Assembly (NCBI GenBank): GCA_964016885.1
Contig: OZ024743.1
Location: forward strand, 237,398,001 to 237,462,000
Source of the DNA: Eledone cirrhosa
Lineage: Eukaryota
Reading direction: 5' to 3'
DNA: 64,000 bases
Positions within the stretch are counted from its first letter, which is position 1. Each line of letters starts with the position of its first letter. A model generated the notes under the pieces. It had not been told where the DNA came from. It saw only the letters and a program-made list of their open reading frames with translations, and searched no databases. The position numbers and the translations under genes are program-made. Positions 49,940 through 61,290 of the stretch are shown here, piece after piece.

Positions 49940-50350
49940 AGGGTGGTAGATTGGGAGTAATCGGTAGAGCATCGGGTTATGGCCCTTTACGTTCTGAGTT
50001 CAAAACCCACCGAGGTTAGCTTAGCCTCTCATTCATCCTTACAGGGCTGATAAAATAAAGTACCAGTAACGCACTGGGTTTGATTTAATCGAAATTCCTC
50101 TCCCCCAAAATTGTTGGCCGTAAGCCTAAATCAGAAACTATTATATAAAGGGTAGTAGGATCGGTAGAGTATCGGGCAACATGCTTTATGACATGTAGTT
50201 ACATCCCTTTATTTTCCGAATTCAAATTCCACTGAATTTAGCGTTGCCTTTCATCGATAAAATAGAGTACCAGTAACATACTGGGGTCGATTTAATTGAC
50301 TTTCCCCTTCACTTCAAATTGTTGTCCTTGTGCCAAAAGTAGAAACAATT
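49940..50350 (+). mobile_element. Tandem pair of SINE family A
   Basis: Head and core twice. Confidence 0.75.
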
Positions 50351-50414
50351 TTATTTATATACATCTATATATTTGAGGTGTATATAAAGACATGTATAAT
50401 ATATTTATATCCAA

Positions 50415-51481
50415 CTAGCAGTGTATCCCGGCGTTGCACGGGTAAGAGTATTGGTAATAGCACCTCCAATGAGAAAGGTTTATTTGTGAGTGCCTGTTAA
50501 AAACTCATGAAAATATACCGACAGGAAACTTGTTTTATTTGGAGAAAATTAAGAAGTTGAAAGTACAGTTTAGCTGTCTACGTGTATTGTTCATAGAAAT
50601 ATTCTTTTCATACTCCTCTGTTTTGGCCTATTGGTGTAAATGTGAAAGAAAAAGTCACAGGTTAAGTTAGCAGAAGGTTCCAGTGCAATAGCAGTAAGGC
50701 GTAGGCTACTTACCTCAAAAGTTCATTCGCACTTTTTCCACTAAGTTACTCTTTCTCTCTATCCCGCTCGGTGCAGTCCCTTGCAAATTTCTCGCATAGG
50801 TCTGGTGTAGATTTGCATCCATCTACCCAATGCCCATGTTCGCTTTGTACGGCTTTTGGAGGAAGGAGTGACCAGTAGTACGTTGTTCGGTATTATTACG
50901 AAAAGGTGTAGCAGAGAATCCCGCGTGAACTAACAGCTCGGGAGGAAACTGCTTAGTTCGAAGATTCATTCGCTATCATTCTTGTCAACGCTCCGTTTAC
51001 TTGGTATTTGTTGGTCTACAGTTAGATGAATGGTGCACAAAGGGTTAATGTTTATTGGCAAGAAGTTTTTTGAATAATAAAAGACGGATATATCATCATT
51101 TCATTTTACGTCCGCTTTTCCCTGCTTGCAAGGGTGGGACGGGAACTGATTCTGACTTGATTTCTACAGCTGGATGCCCTTCCTAACACCAATCTCATTT
51201 ACAGTGAGTGCTGGGTGCTTTTTTCCATGGCGCCAACACGTCAACTTTACAGTGTGGGCTTGGTGTTTTTTGCCGTGGCACCTCCACGACCACTTTGCAG
51301 TGGAATGATAGGGACCCTAGTCCCTATCATCTCATTTCTACAGCTGAGTGAACTGGAGCAATGTGAAAATAAAGTGTCTTGCTCAAGGAAACAACACATC
51401 ACCCGGTCTGAGAATTGAACTCACACAACCTTTTGATTGCAAGGCCAATGCTCTAACCACTAAACCATGTGCCTCCACTAA

Positions 51482-51557
<76 letters not shown>

Positions 51558-51626
51558 GTTAATTATGCTAATTGGGAGAAGAAATAGTGTATTTATTTTA
51601 TCAAATGATTCTATGGACATGATTTA

Positions 51627-51701
<75 letters not shown>

Positions 51702-51842
51702 GATATATATATATATATATGTGTGTGTGTATGTATGCATATATATATGTGTGTGTGTTTGTATGTATATATATATGTGCATATGTGTTTTATGTGTATA
51801 TATATGTATATGTGTATATATGTGGGTATATGTATATATGTG

Positions 51843-51879
<37 letters not shown>

Positions 51880-52170
51880 ATGTAGTGAAGACAATACGTC
51901 AGCAATGACGTGTTCGTCAGAATGTCGTAATGCAGACAGCAGACATACAGACAGATATTATAAGGGCATGACGGAGATCGATAACCGGCGCCTAACACTC
52001 CTTTAACAACAGAAAATTGAAAAATAAAAGTTGCAGTTAATATCTTTAGACCGCAAGGAATATATAAATGCAAGTCTGAAGTCGATCGGAGTAGAAATGT
52101 GGATTTGTATAGACTTTGCAAAAATAAGGACACACACACATACAGACAACTACAGTTTTATATATATAGA
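50415..52170 (-). mobile_element. Non-autonomous Helitron containing SINE B (51092-51476) and a TA/TG microsatellite
   Basis: Minus strand starts A|TCTATATATATAAAACTG and ends with hairpin CCCGTGCAACGCCGGG plus CTAG|T. Confidence 0.8.
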
Positions 52171-52599
52171 TAAACATTTTATTTTTTGCTTTTCTTCTCA
52201 TATTATATTTAATGGTTTTTCTGTCTCTGTGTGAGCTTAACTGTTTCTATCAACTTAGGCAGGAGGCTGCAGTATTTAAGACTATTCAACAGAATTCGTA
52301 ATATAATCGGCTTGTCTCCCCACAGCCCCGGCAGACAGAATGGAGAAGGTGCTTCCCCAGAGGACGGCAAGGGAGACGCGCTGGAAAAGCCACTCCAACT
52401 CGCGGGGCTCACACCTGCGGCTGGTCAGCTCAGAGCCTATGGTGGTGAGTAGGGGGTAGCCCTAGGGCCGAGGACACCAGAAGTCTCCATTGCCAAAGGT
52501 ACGACCGCAAACCTGTCAGAGAGCGACCAGTATTTGAAGAGTTATAAACATCTGGGTAGCCTTGCTATCAAAACAAAAAAAGATTATATTTTTCTCTAT

Positions 52600-53640
52600 T
52601 TTCCTTTATGAATATATTATAGAGTTGCCAGTATATTCTCAGAGTATCAGATAATGCTGTTTCAAGATTCCTTTATCATCAGTGACACTCAGAACATACT
52701 GGCCTGAAATAGACTATACACTATATAGTATTTTGCATGATGATTGCCTGCTGGATGTGCTCATTTGCATATAGCAAATAGAAAATATCAGCTGGATGAG
52801 GTCATTTGCATACAGTGCAAACTTGGTTGGAAACCTTACTTGGATGACTGGCTTATTCTATGGAAGCACAAACTCATACAACTCCATGAAGTCAAGACCC
52901 TAATTAACAATATCAGTAATAATATCCAATTCACGATGGAATAAAGTCAAAATCAACTTCCATTCCTGGACATTTTAATCATAAAAAAGACACAAATATT
53001 GAAACTGACATTCACCACAAACCAACAGATTCTAAACAATGGATACTATTCAGCTCAAGTCATCCGAAACACATGAAGGCAAATATTCCACTTAATCTAG
53101 CAAGAAAAATCTGTTCAATTGTCTCACATTATCAAACTCAGAATAAAAGACTCCAAGAACTAAAAGAAATTCTACTCAAAAGGCAGTATCCATTATTATT
53201 TGTAGACAATGGAATAAGATGTGCCAAAACAATCTAAGAATTATGGAAAACAAAAACAACTGCAAGGTACATCCAATACTCTACTATATATCTCAACACA
53301 CAAACCAAGAAATACAGAGGCATTACCATATTATCCACAAGAACATCCCACTATTGAGACAAGACCCAAGAATGAAAATAGCATTCTAAACTTAGAATAA
53401 TCCAAAGCATAAGAAATCAGTTTAAAACATTACTCACCAGCACCAAATTACCCACCACAAACACGTCAAAAAGTGTGGTTGCATTAATTGCAGAACTTGC
53501 ATTGACCTCATTGAAGACTCACAGTATATATTTAAATCAAGACAAACTTGTTTTGTAAAAAAATCATTTTACTAACAAAAAGTGTAATATATGTCATTAA
53601 ATGTAAAGGGTATAATAAAGATTACACAGCAGATGAAACT
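52600..53640 (+). mobile_element. Decayed Penelope-like element (RT C-terminus, start of GIY-YIG)
   Basis: YLDDWLILW, NIQFTME, LPFLDILI, HKPTDSKQ, SSSHPKH..NIP, RQYP, KCGCINCRTC, VIYVIKCK across broken frames. Confidence 0.8.
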
Positions 53641-53647
53641 CACCCTC

Positions 53648-53822
53648 TGGCAGTATCGGTAGAGTGTTGGACGCCATGCTTTTCAGCATAGTTACGCCCC
53701 TTTACGGTCTGAGTTCAAATCCCGTTGAGGTTAAATTTGCCTTTCATCCTTACGGGGTCAATACAATAAAGTACCAGTAATGCACTGGGTATTTGCTGGC
53801 CTTGTGCCAAAAGTAGAAACAA
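53648..53822 (+). mobile_element. SINE family A copy
   Basis: Head, core and tail. Confidence 0.8.
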
Positions 53823-54734
53823 TTACTTGGACAGAGCACAAAACCAAAAAACAAGTTCTATAAACACACACATAAACAAAATTCCTGAACTTTTAAATTG
53901 TTGTGAATTGCCACAAAGACAACACCAACTTCCAACACAAGAAATACGGCATGAATTGTTACTCTCCATATTCACTCTTGCACCAGATTCAGTGCCTTGG
54001 CATGAATTGTTACTCTCCATATTCACTCTTGCACCAAATTCAGTGCCTAATCATTCCCAGCCTATCTTACTATACTTGAAATAAATAACAATTTGAGCCA
54101 CCTTTCGAAATGACCACACAATTTAATACCTAATCACATGATCTTCCTCAACCTATCAAATTGTGCTTCACACATATAGCTATTTGATGTGAGTTAGATG
54201 TGAGTTATCAGTCAACATAACCACACATCTCTCCATCTCTCTAAACCTTTGAAAATCATGAAACTTGTGAAACCAGTAAAGTTATAAGTTATTGTAAATA
54301 AACCTTAAAGACTCCAGTTGTATTTCCAACTTCTTTTTCTTAATGAGGCACAATGCAGCTGCTGTGATTGGAAAATTGCATTTGTCACTGTCGTCTGTAC
54401 TTGTTGAAACCCCAGGGTCCAGGACAACCGTGTATGTCTCCTTCATTCCAGATCTATATTTTGTTATACTCTGAGATAGGTTACTTCGCTTATATGTTCA
54501 AATGATATCTCATTGAGTGAGTAATGTGGGCAAATGGGATTATAGCAAATATATTTCCTATAACCTCGCTACTTTTTTTTTTCTGTACGGGAATCATTCC
54601 ATTATTGCACTAACAAAAGTTCGATGAGCTTTTGATTCCAGAGTCGGACCTGAACAATACAGATCAAACTTTGGGCTGATCAATCGCGAAACACACGTCA
54701 CACCTCAATCAATGTAATGAAATTTGACACCTTG

Positions 54735-54895
54735 TCAGACGCCATGCTTGGCAGCAAAGAGTTACGGCCCTTTACGGTCTGAGTTCAAATCCCGCCAAGG
54801 TTAACTTTGCCTTTCATGCTTTCGGGGTCGATAAAATAAAGTACCAGTAATACACTGAGATAATTGGTAGCCTTGTGCCAAAAGTAGAAACAATT
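54735..54895 (+). mobile_element. SINE family A copy
   Basis: Core and tail. Confidence 0.75.
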
Positions 54896-55117
54896 ATTAT
54901 TATTATATATGTATATGTGTGTGTGTATGTGTATATATATATATATATACATTTTATTAAGGCTAACTAGTGGGTCCTTATTACTCTAGAGTTTTGCTTG
55001 TTTATCATAGGGTCATCAGGCAGAACAAGAGTTCTGAGTATTCCTTTCTCTCAACCACATACGGATATATATATATGTGTATGTATATATATATATATAT
55101 ATATATAAAAATATATA

Positions 55118-58100
55118 TCATCATCATCATCATCATCATCATCAACGTTTAACGTCCGTGTTCCACGCTTGCATGGGTTTGGACGGGGGTAGTCCCACTT
55201 GAGGCAAGAGTGATTGTCTTGCTCACATAGGACTATCTGGCAGGTTTTCTACAGTTGGATGCCCTTCCTAACACCAACCACATTTACAGTGTGGGTCTGG
55301 GAGGTTTTTACCGTGTTGCCTACACGGCCATATTACAGCGTGGACTGTGTGTTTTTTTGTCGTGACACCTACACGATCTCATTTGTTTCGGCCTGGATGG
55401 TGTGGCACCAACACAACTTTACATAGAACGGGGTAGCGTGGATGGGTTGGGGGTGGTGGGACGGGGGGGGGGGGTATTTTGTTAGAGATGCCTACTGGCT
55501 GTAGTAGGTTTTACTATGTATTTAGGTAAGGCGGGTCTTCTCTGTTACTGAGTACCGCCAAAGGTCTCGGTCCAGTGACATTGTCTTGGAGAGGTGTAAG
55601 TGTGTGAGGTCGGAGTTTATCAACTCGTCCCAGGTTTTTCTAGGTCTGCCTATTCCGTGGCTACCGTCTATCTTTATTGCCCTGCACTTTGTTATACAGC
55701 TATCGACTTTCATGCGCATCACGTGTCCATACCAACGTAGCCTTCTCTCGAGTAAACAACATCTGATCCCTCTTATTTCTAATTTTTTCCTTAGTTCGTT
55801 TATGCTTTGCCGTTCACGTATATTACTGTTACACATCCAGCGGAGCATGCAAGCTTCGTTCCTCTCTAGTCTGCGTATATCCTCTGCACACAATGCCCAG
55901 GTCTCACTGCCATGAAACATTGCTGTTCGTATGCAGGCATCGTACAACCTGCCTTTCATTTTTAGGGAGAACCCTTTAGCAGCTAATAGTGGTATAAGCT
56001 CTCTGAACTTTTTCCAACCAGTTCTGACTCTAGCTACTGTACTTTCAGAGCACCCTCCCCCACTGCTGATTTTATCACCCAGGTAACGGAAACTGTCCAC
56101 TATTTCTATAGAACCCTCTGCACAATTGAAAGAGCTAGTATTTTGTGGGCACTTGCTGCTACTTATTGCACCAGAGCACCGGCCACATGTAAAATCTATG
56201 TTCTTAGTTAGCTTACCTGTGATCCCACTACATCTTTTATGCACCCATACTTTGCATTTAGGACATAAAATGGAGTTTCTACCTACGCCTTTCCTACACA
56301 CCGAGCACGACCATTTCCCAGAAGGGACCGCCGCCTTATTTTCTTTCCTACAAACTAGAACTTTAGTCTTAGCCAGGTTAATTTTAAGGCCTTTTGATTC
56401 TAGGCCGTGCTTCCATGTTTGGAATTTCTTCTCTAGCTCGGCCATTGATTCCGCTATGAGTGTCAGGTCGTCTGCGTATAGGAGTTCCCATGGGCAGCCG
56501 GTCTTGAACTCCTCTGTTATAGCCTGAAGGGCAATAATAAATAGTAGGGGGCTGAGAACAGAGCCCTGATGGACGCCAACTTTTACGTTAAACTCTTCAC
56601 TATATTCGTTGTTAAATCTAACCTTGCTGACTGTTTCTTTATACATGGCTTGTATAGCTCTCACAAGCCATTCGTCAACGCCTAGTTTTCTAAGAGCCCA
56701 CCAGATAATGGAGCGGGGGACTCTGTCGAAGGCTTTCTCCAAGTCGACAAAAGCTAAGTAGAGGGGTTTACCTTTAGCTAGGTACTTCTCCTGTAGTTGT
56801 CGTACAATGAAAAGAGCATCTGTGGTACTTTTACCTGACACAAACCTGAACTGTATTTCATCTAGATCAATTCGCTCTCTGATTAGTTGCGCTATTACTT
56901 TTTCCGTGACCTTCATGACCTGGTCGATTAATTTAATGCCTCTATAGTTACTCCTATCTAGGGCGTCTCCTTTACCCTTATAACAGTTAACGATGATGCT
57001 GCTATGCCAGTCCTTCGGAACAACCCCATTCTGTACGACTTGGTTAACTATGCGGGTGACCATGGTGTGTCCCACCGTGCCAGATGCCTTCAGCATCTCA
57101 GCAACTATTTCTGAAGGCCCAGCCGCCTTACCCGTCTTCATATCCTTGATTGCTTTACTTATTATATTCCCCTCAACTAACACTGCTGGTCCCTCTATTG
57201 GGTCGATATGGGGGAGACTGTATTTCTCCCATTTATTCTCCTCATTTAGTAGCCTTTCATAGTGACACTTCCAAGCTACCTTCTTATCAGCGTCGGTGAT
57301 GGCAAGTGTGCCATCGTCGTTTAGTACACACTTCTCCCCGACAATATCACGGTTTTCCTTGACGCATTGCCTAGCAATCCTGAACACCTCACGTTTTTGG
57401 TCATCGCGTTGTAGAACATGCTTGAACTTTCTTTCCTCAGCTTCCCTTCTTGCTAAGTACACTTGTCTCCTAGCTTCCCTCCTGGCCACTTGATAGTCTT
57501 CTCTACTTCCCCCATCCCGCCATACTTTCCAAGCCTGCTTTTTGGCCTTAATTGACCCCTCCACCTTACTGTTCCACCACCATGTTACTCTCCTCCTGCC
57601 TACAGGCCTGCTCCAGCCACAGACTTCGTCTGTCGCCAACAGCAGGTTTGCTTTCAGAAATTCCCACTCTCCCTCTATATTGTCTGACTCTAAATGTTCT
57701 TCCTTACTGTCGAAAGCATCAAGTAATATGCTTTGAAATTTATTCCTGGCTGTGGGGTCCTTTAGCTTCCATATTTTTCTCCTGAGGATAGTCCTCTTCT
57801 GCTGTCGAGTACGTCTCGTCCTGACTATGAGGTCGCTAATTATCAGTCTATGTTGGGAGGTGCATTCTTCATGGGGGAGGGCTTTAGTGTTTACAACAGA
57901 CACTCTGTCACGTCTTCTGGTAAGGATATAATCTACCTGGCTTGTGTGTTCCCCGGATCTATAGGTGATCAGGTGATTGTCACGTTTTTTGAAGTTAGTG
58001 TTACAGATAGTTAGGTTATTTGCATCACAGAATTCCAGGATTCTGGAGCCTTCCTCATTTCTAGTACCAAACCCATAGCCTCCATGGATTTCGTCGTAGC

Positions 58101-58940
58101 CGTCACAATGTTGTCCAACGTGACCATTTAGGTCGCCTGCAATAATTATATAGTCACTGTCGGATATTTGGTGTCGGATATTTGGGAGGTAGTTAGCATC
58201 AGTGTCTCATAGAATCTGTCTTTTATAGTGCCGGGCAGTCCGGATTGGGGTGCGTACGCAGATATTACTGTCACCGTAGTTCTATTGAGGACAAGTCGTA
58301 TTTTAATTATTCTGTCGTTCACTCTATTTACGTCTATTATCTTATCTGCCCACTTTTCTGCTACCATGATTCCTACTCCACCCAGCCCATCGTCGTTTCC
58401 CACCCAGAAAAGCTTATAACATCGTTTTTTACCCTCAATGAATCTAGCAGACCCACCCCTCCACCTGGTCTCTTGAATACAACAAACATCGACCTCCTTA
58501 CGTTCAAGCATTTCTACAACCTCGTTAGCGCGACCCTTTAGGGTGCCTACATTTATGGTACCAACTCTGAAGTTTTGGATTGCGTTTGGGGGTTGGGGCG
58601 GCGGGGGGCGATGGGGTTATGTTAGCCGTCCGCGGTCGAAACAATGAGGAGTGCTCGCATTCTCGTCCAAGAGGTGAATTTGTCTTTATCTTTGGCATTG
58701 TCGCTGAGCGTCCAGATTTTTCTCTCTCTCCTCCACTCTCCAGGATTCCGCAGTCCATCCATCCATCATATATCGAAAGGCAACCAGGCAAGCGATAGTA
58801 TAGGCCTCTGGCTTCTGATTGGTCCGCGTAATAATAATACTGGTGATGCGTGGGGGCTCTGGATTATGATTGGTCCACGTAATAGCAATGGTGGTGCGTG
58901 GGGGCAGGAGGGAGGGGTGTTGGGTAGCTAGATAGAAGGT
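55118..58940 (-). mobile_element. Young near full-length RTE LINE; ORF 55522-57903 (793 aa) open, upstream APE part shifted out of frame
   Basis: RT motifs including LYADDL; APE motifs in ORF 58146-58511; 14-bp duplication at 58158-58185; (CAT)n tail. Confidence 0.97.
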
Positions 58941-60157
58941 TTGTTATACTTTGGGAGGGTCATGTTGCCAATAAGAAACACTCACACCAGTTGCTTTCAC
59001 TTCAATTTATTATAAATTTCCGGTTGGTTGGTTGATTCATATATTGTCAAAGTTCTTTTGTCACACATTCTGTGACCTCTTCAATGACTGGGGATTCTTT
59101 TCTTTATTGTGTGCCTCTCCTTTGTTCTGTCCTACGCCATCTTGTTTTTGTGTGTGTTGTGTGCTTAGTTTGCGCATGTGTTACATCCAGGTGTCTGTGT
59201 GTGTTTTTATTTGTTTATTTATTTGTTTATTTACATGTTACTAGTTAGTTATTTGTTCTATATGTGTGTGTTTTCATTTTGTCCTTAATTATAAGTTGTG
59301 ATGTTGCTATTCCATTCATATTTTCTATTTAATTTTCATTGGAGTTCATTTATGTTTATTGCCTCTGTGATTTGTCTAAACATTGCGTCTTTTCTGTGTG
59401 TAGATTCTATTTTTATCTCTATGTTCTTTAATTTGCCCTTATGTTCTATTTTAGCAGCTCACGTAATGGAGAGATAACATGCTTTCCAACAGACAAATCT
59501 GGCAAACTGTCGGTTGACAGTCTGTCAAACTACATCCAGGCAATGCAACCCCACATCACCAACACAAGAGAGGTAACACCACAAGAGCATGAGGATAGGG
59601 AGAAAACCCTCAACGCTCATATGATGATGTGGACCAACATAATGCAGCCCAATAAATGGACTGCCAACAACTTCCAGGCCTGGAACAATGACGTGCCAGC
59701 GTTGTATGAGCTTCGAAAAGACTATAAGACGAACAGTGACCCAATCACAGGACCACCAACATGGCCAGTCTGTGGAGCTAACATTGCTAGCAACTACAGA
59801 CTTTCCTACTTCCTCTCCCTGATCGTACGCCCCATCATTGAAATGTCCCCAAATATATGTGACAGCACGGAGGACCACCTCTGCAGAATCAGCAAAATAA
59901 ACCTGTCTAGGGACCTAACAGACTGTATAATAGGTAGTATGGATGCAGTGAATGTGTGACGAAAGAACTTTGACAATATATGAACAACCATCCGGTTGTG
60001 GAACCAACCAACCAACCAACCAGAAATTTATAATAAATTGAAATGAAAGCAACTGGTGCGTGTGTTTCTTATTGGCAACATGACCCTCCCAAAGTATAAC
60101 AATATCGGTTTCAACAGACGTTTTCAGATAAAGAATCTTGCTAAACAAATTCAGAAA

Positions 60158-60190
<33 letters not shown>

Positions 60191-60420
60191 TTTTGAGTAT
60201 ATGTTTGAATTCATATGATTCCAGTTCCTCAGTGAAATAACAACCCAACCAGGAACTGGGCATATCAGAGTATTGACAAAATTATACACCTCAACAACAT
60301 ATGTACTTGTCTATACCACACTAATTCGGACTGCCTGAAGAGGTCACAGCCAAAGATGGCTGTCACCGAAATATATATAGCAGTAATAAACGAAGCTAAA
60401 TTTTAAACATTTGACTTTTA
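58941..60420 (+). mobile_element. Penelope-like remnant: RT N-terminal fragment (59455-59955) between approximately 130-bp inverted repeats
   Basis: PTDKSGK, PALYELRKDYK, PTWPVCGA, IGSMDAV resemble PLE RT; 58941-59070 is the reverse complement of 59950-60101. Confidence 0.7.
60330..60384 (+). ncRNA. Minimal type I hammerhead ribozyme
   Basis: Stem I ACUGC/GCAGU; core CUGAAGA; stem II GGUCACAGCC-AAAGAU-GGCUGUCACC; GAAA; palindromic stem III UAUAUA; UA cleavage site after 60379. Confidence 0.8.
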
Positions 60421-60428
60421 TTTTACTT

Positions 60429-60464
<36 letters not shown>

Positions 60465-61290
60465 GAAACAGGGGCTGTGTAGTTGCTGGATAAGGTGTAC
60501 TTATAAATAAGAGGAAAGCATGAACGGGAGAAATTTTTTCTTCATCAGTTGTCTGCTGGGGATCATGGATATTTCTACGCATTATATACATACATACATA
60601 CATACACACGTACATATATATACATACATACATACACACACACACATACATAGTGAGAGAGAGAGATGTAGTCTATTGTTATCTAAATTCTTTAAACCAT
60701 ACTGTATACTGTCTAGTTATATGTAGAGAAACTGGGATGAGTTCCATTATCCCATCCCTACCATAAAATAGCCCCCAAAGGGCCAAGAATGTCTGTTTTA
60801 CTAATCTCAGTTTAGAATTTGGAAGCCATAATATTATACAAAGGTAACATCTACTGAACCAGACTTCTCTATTCTCCCTTCCACTCTACTGTATCAGCCA
60901 TTACTTGCAGACCAGCACCTAAATACCTTCAATTAAAATTCCTTTGTTTTCTTTGATTTAGGGGGATTTTTCAGCCTCCAGAAAAATAATTAAGTGGCCT
61001 TATATATTTTATATGATTTCTTTACCATTTCTTCTGTATCAAGGGTTTTAGTGGAGCTAGAGGATGGCAGGGGAAGGGGTCACTTCCTGCTAGCCCCTTC
61101 CTATCCACTTTAGGTTTTATCATTATCCATTATCTCTTCCCAATTTTCTCTAAAACCATGTTTGGCATTCATTTTATTCCTTTTACTCTTTTGTTTTTGT
61201 TGCTTCTTTTTGTTTGTTATTCTTCCAAAGAATCCTCACTATCCTCTGGCTATTTCTCATTCCTCCACTCTGTGGTGTACTAAAGAGATT

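Noticed and set aside
56126-57785. Recurring plus-strand ORFs antisense to RTE copies
   Set aside because: They recur only because the LINE copies are similar; no independent coding signal
60470-60555. Additional minus-strand hammerhead (CTGATGA at 60542-60548)
   Set aside because: No GAAA core or convincing stems remain
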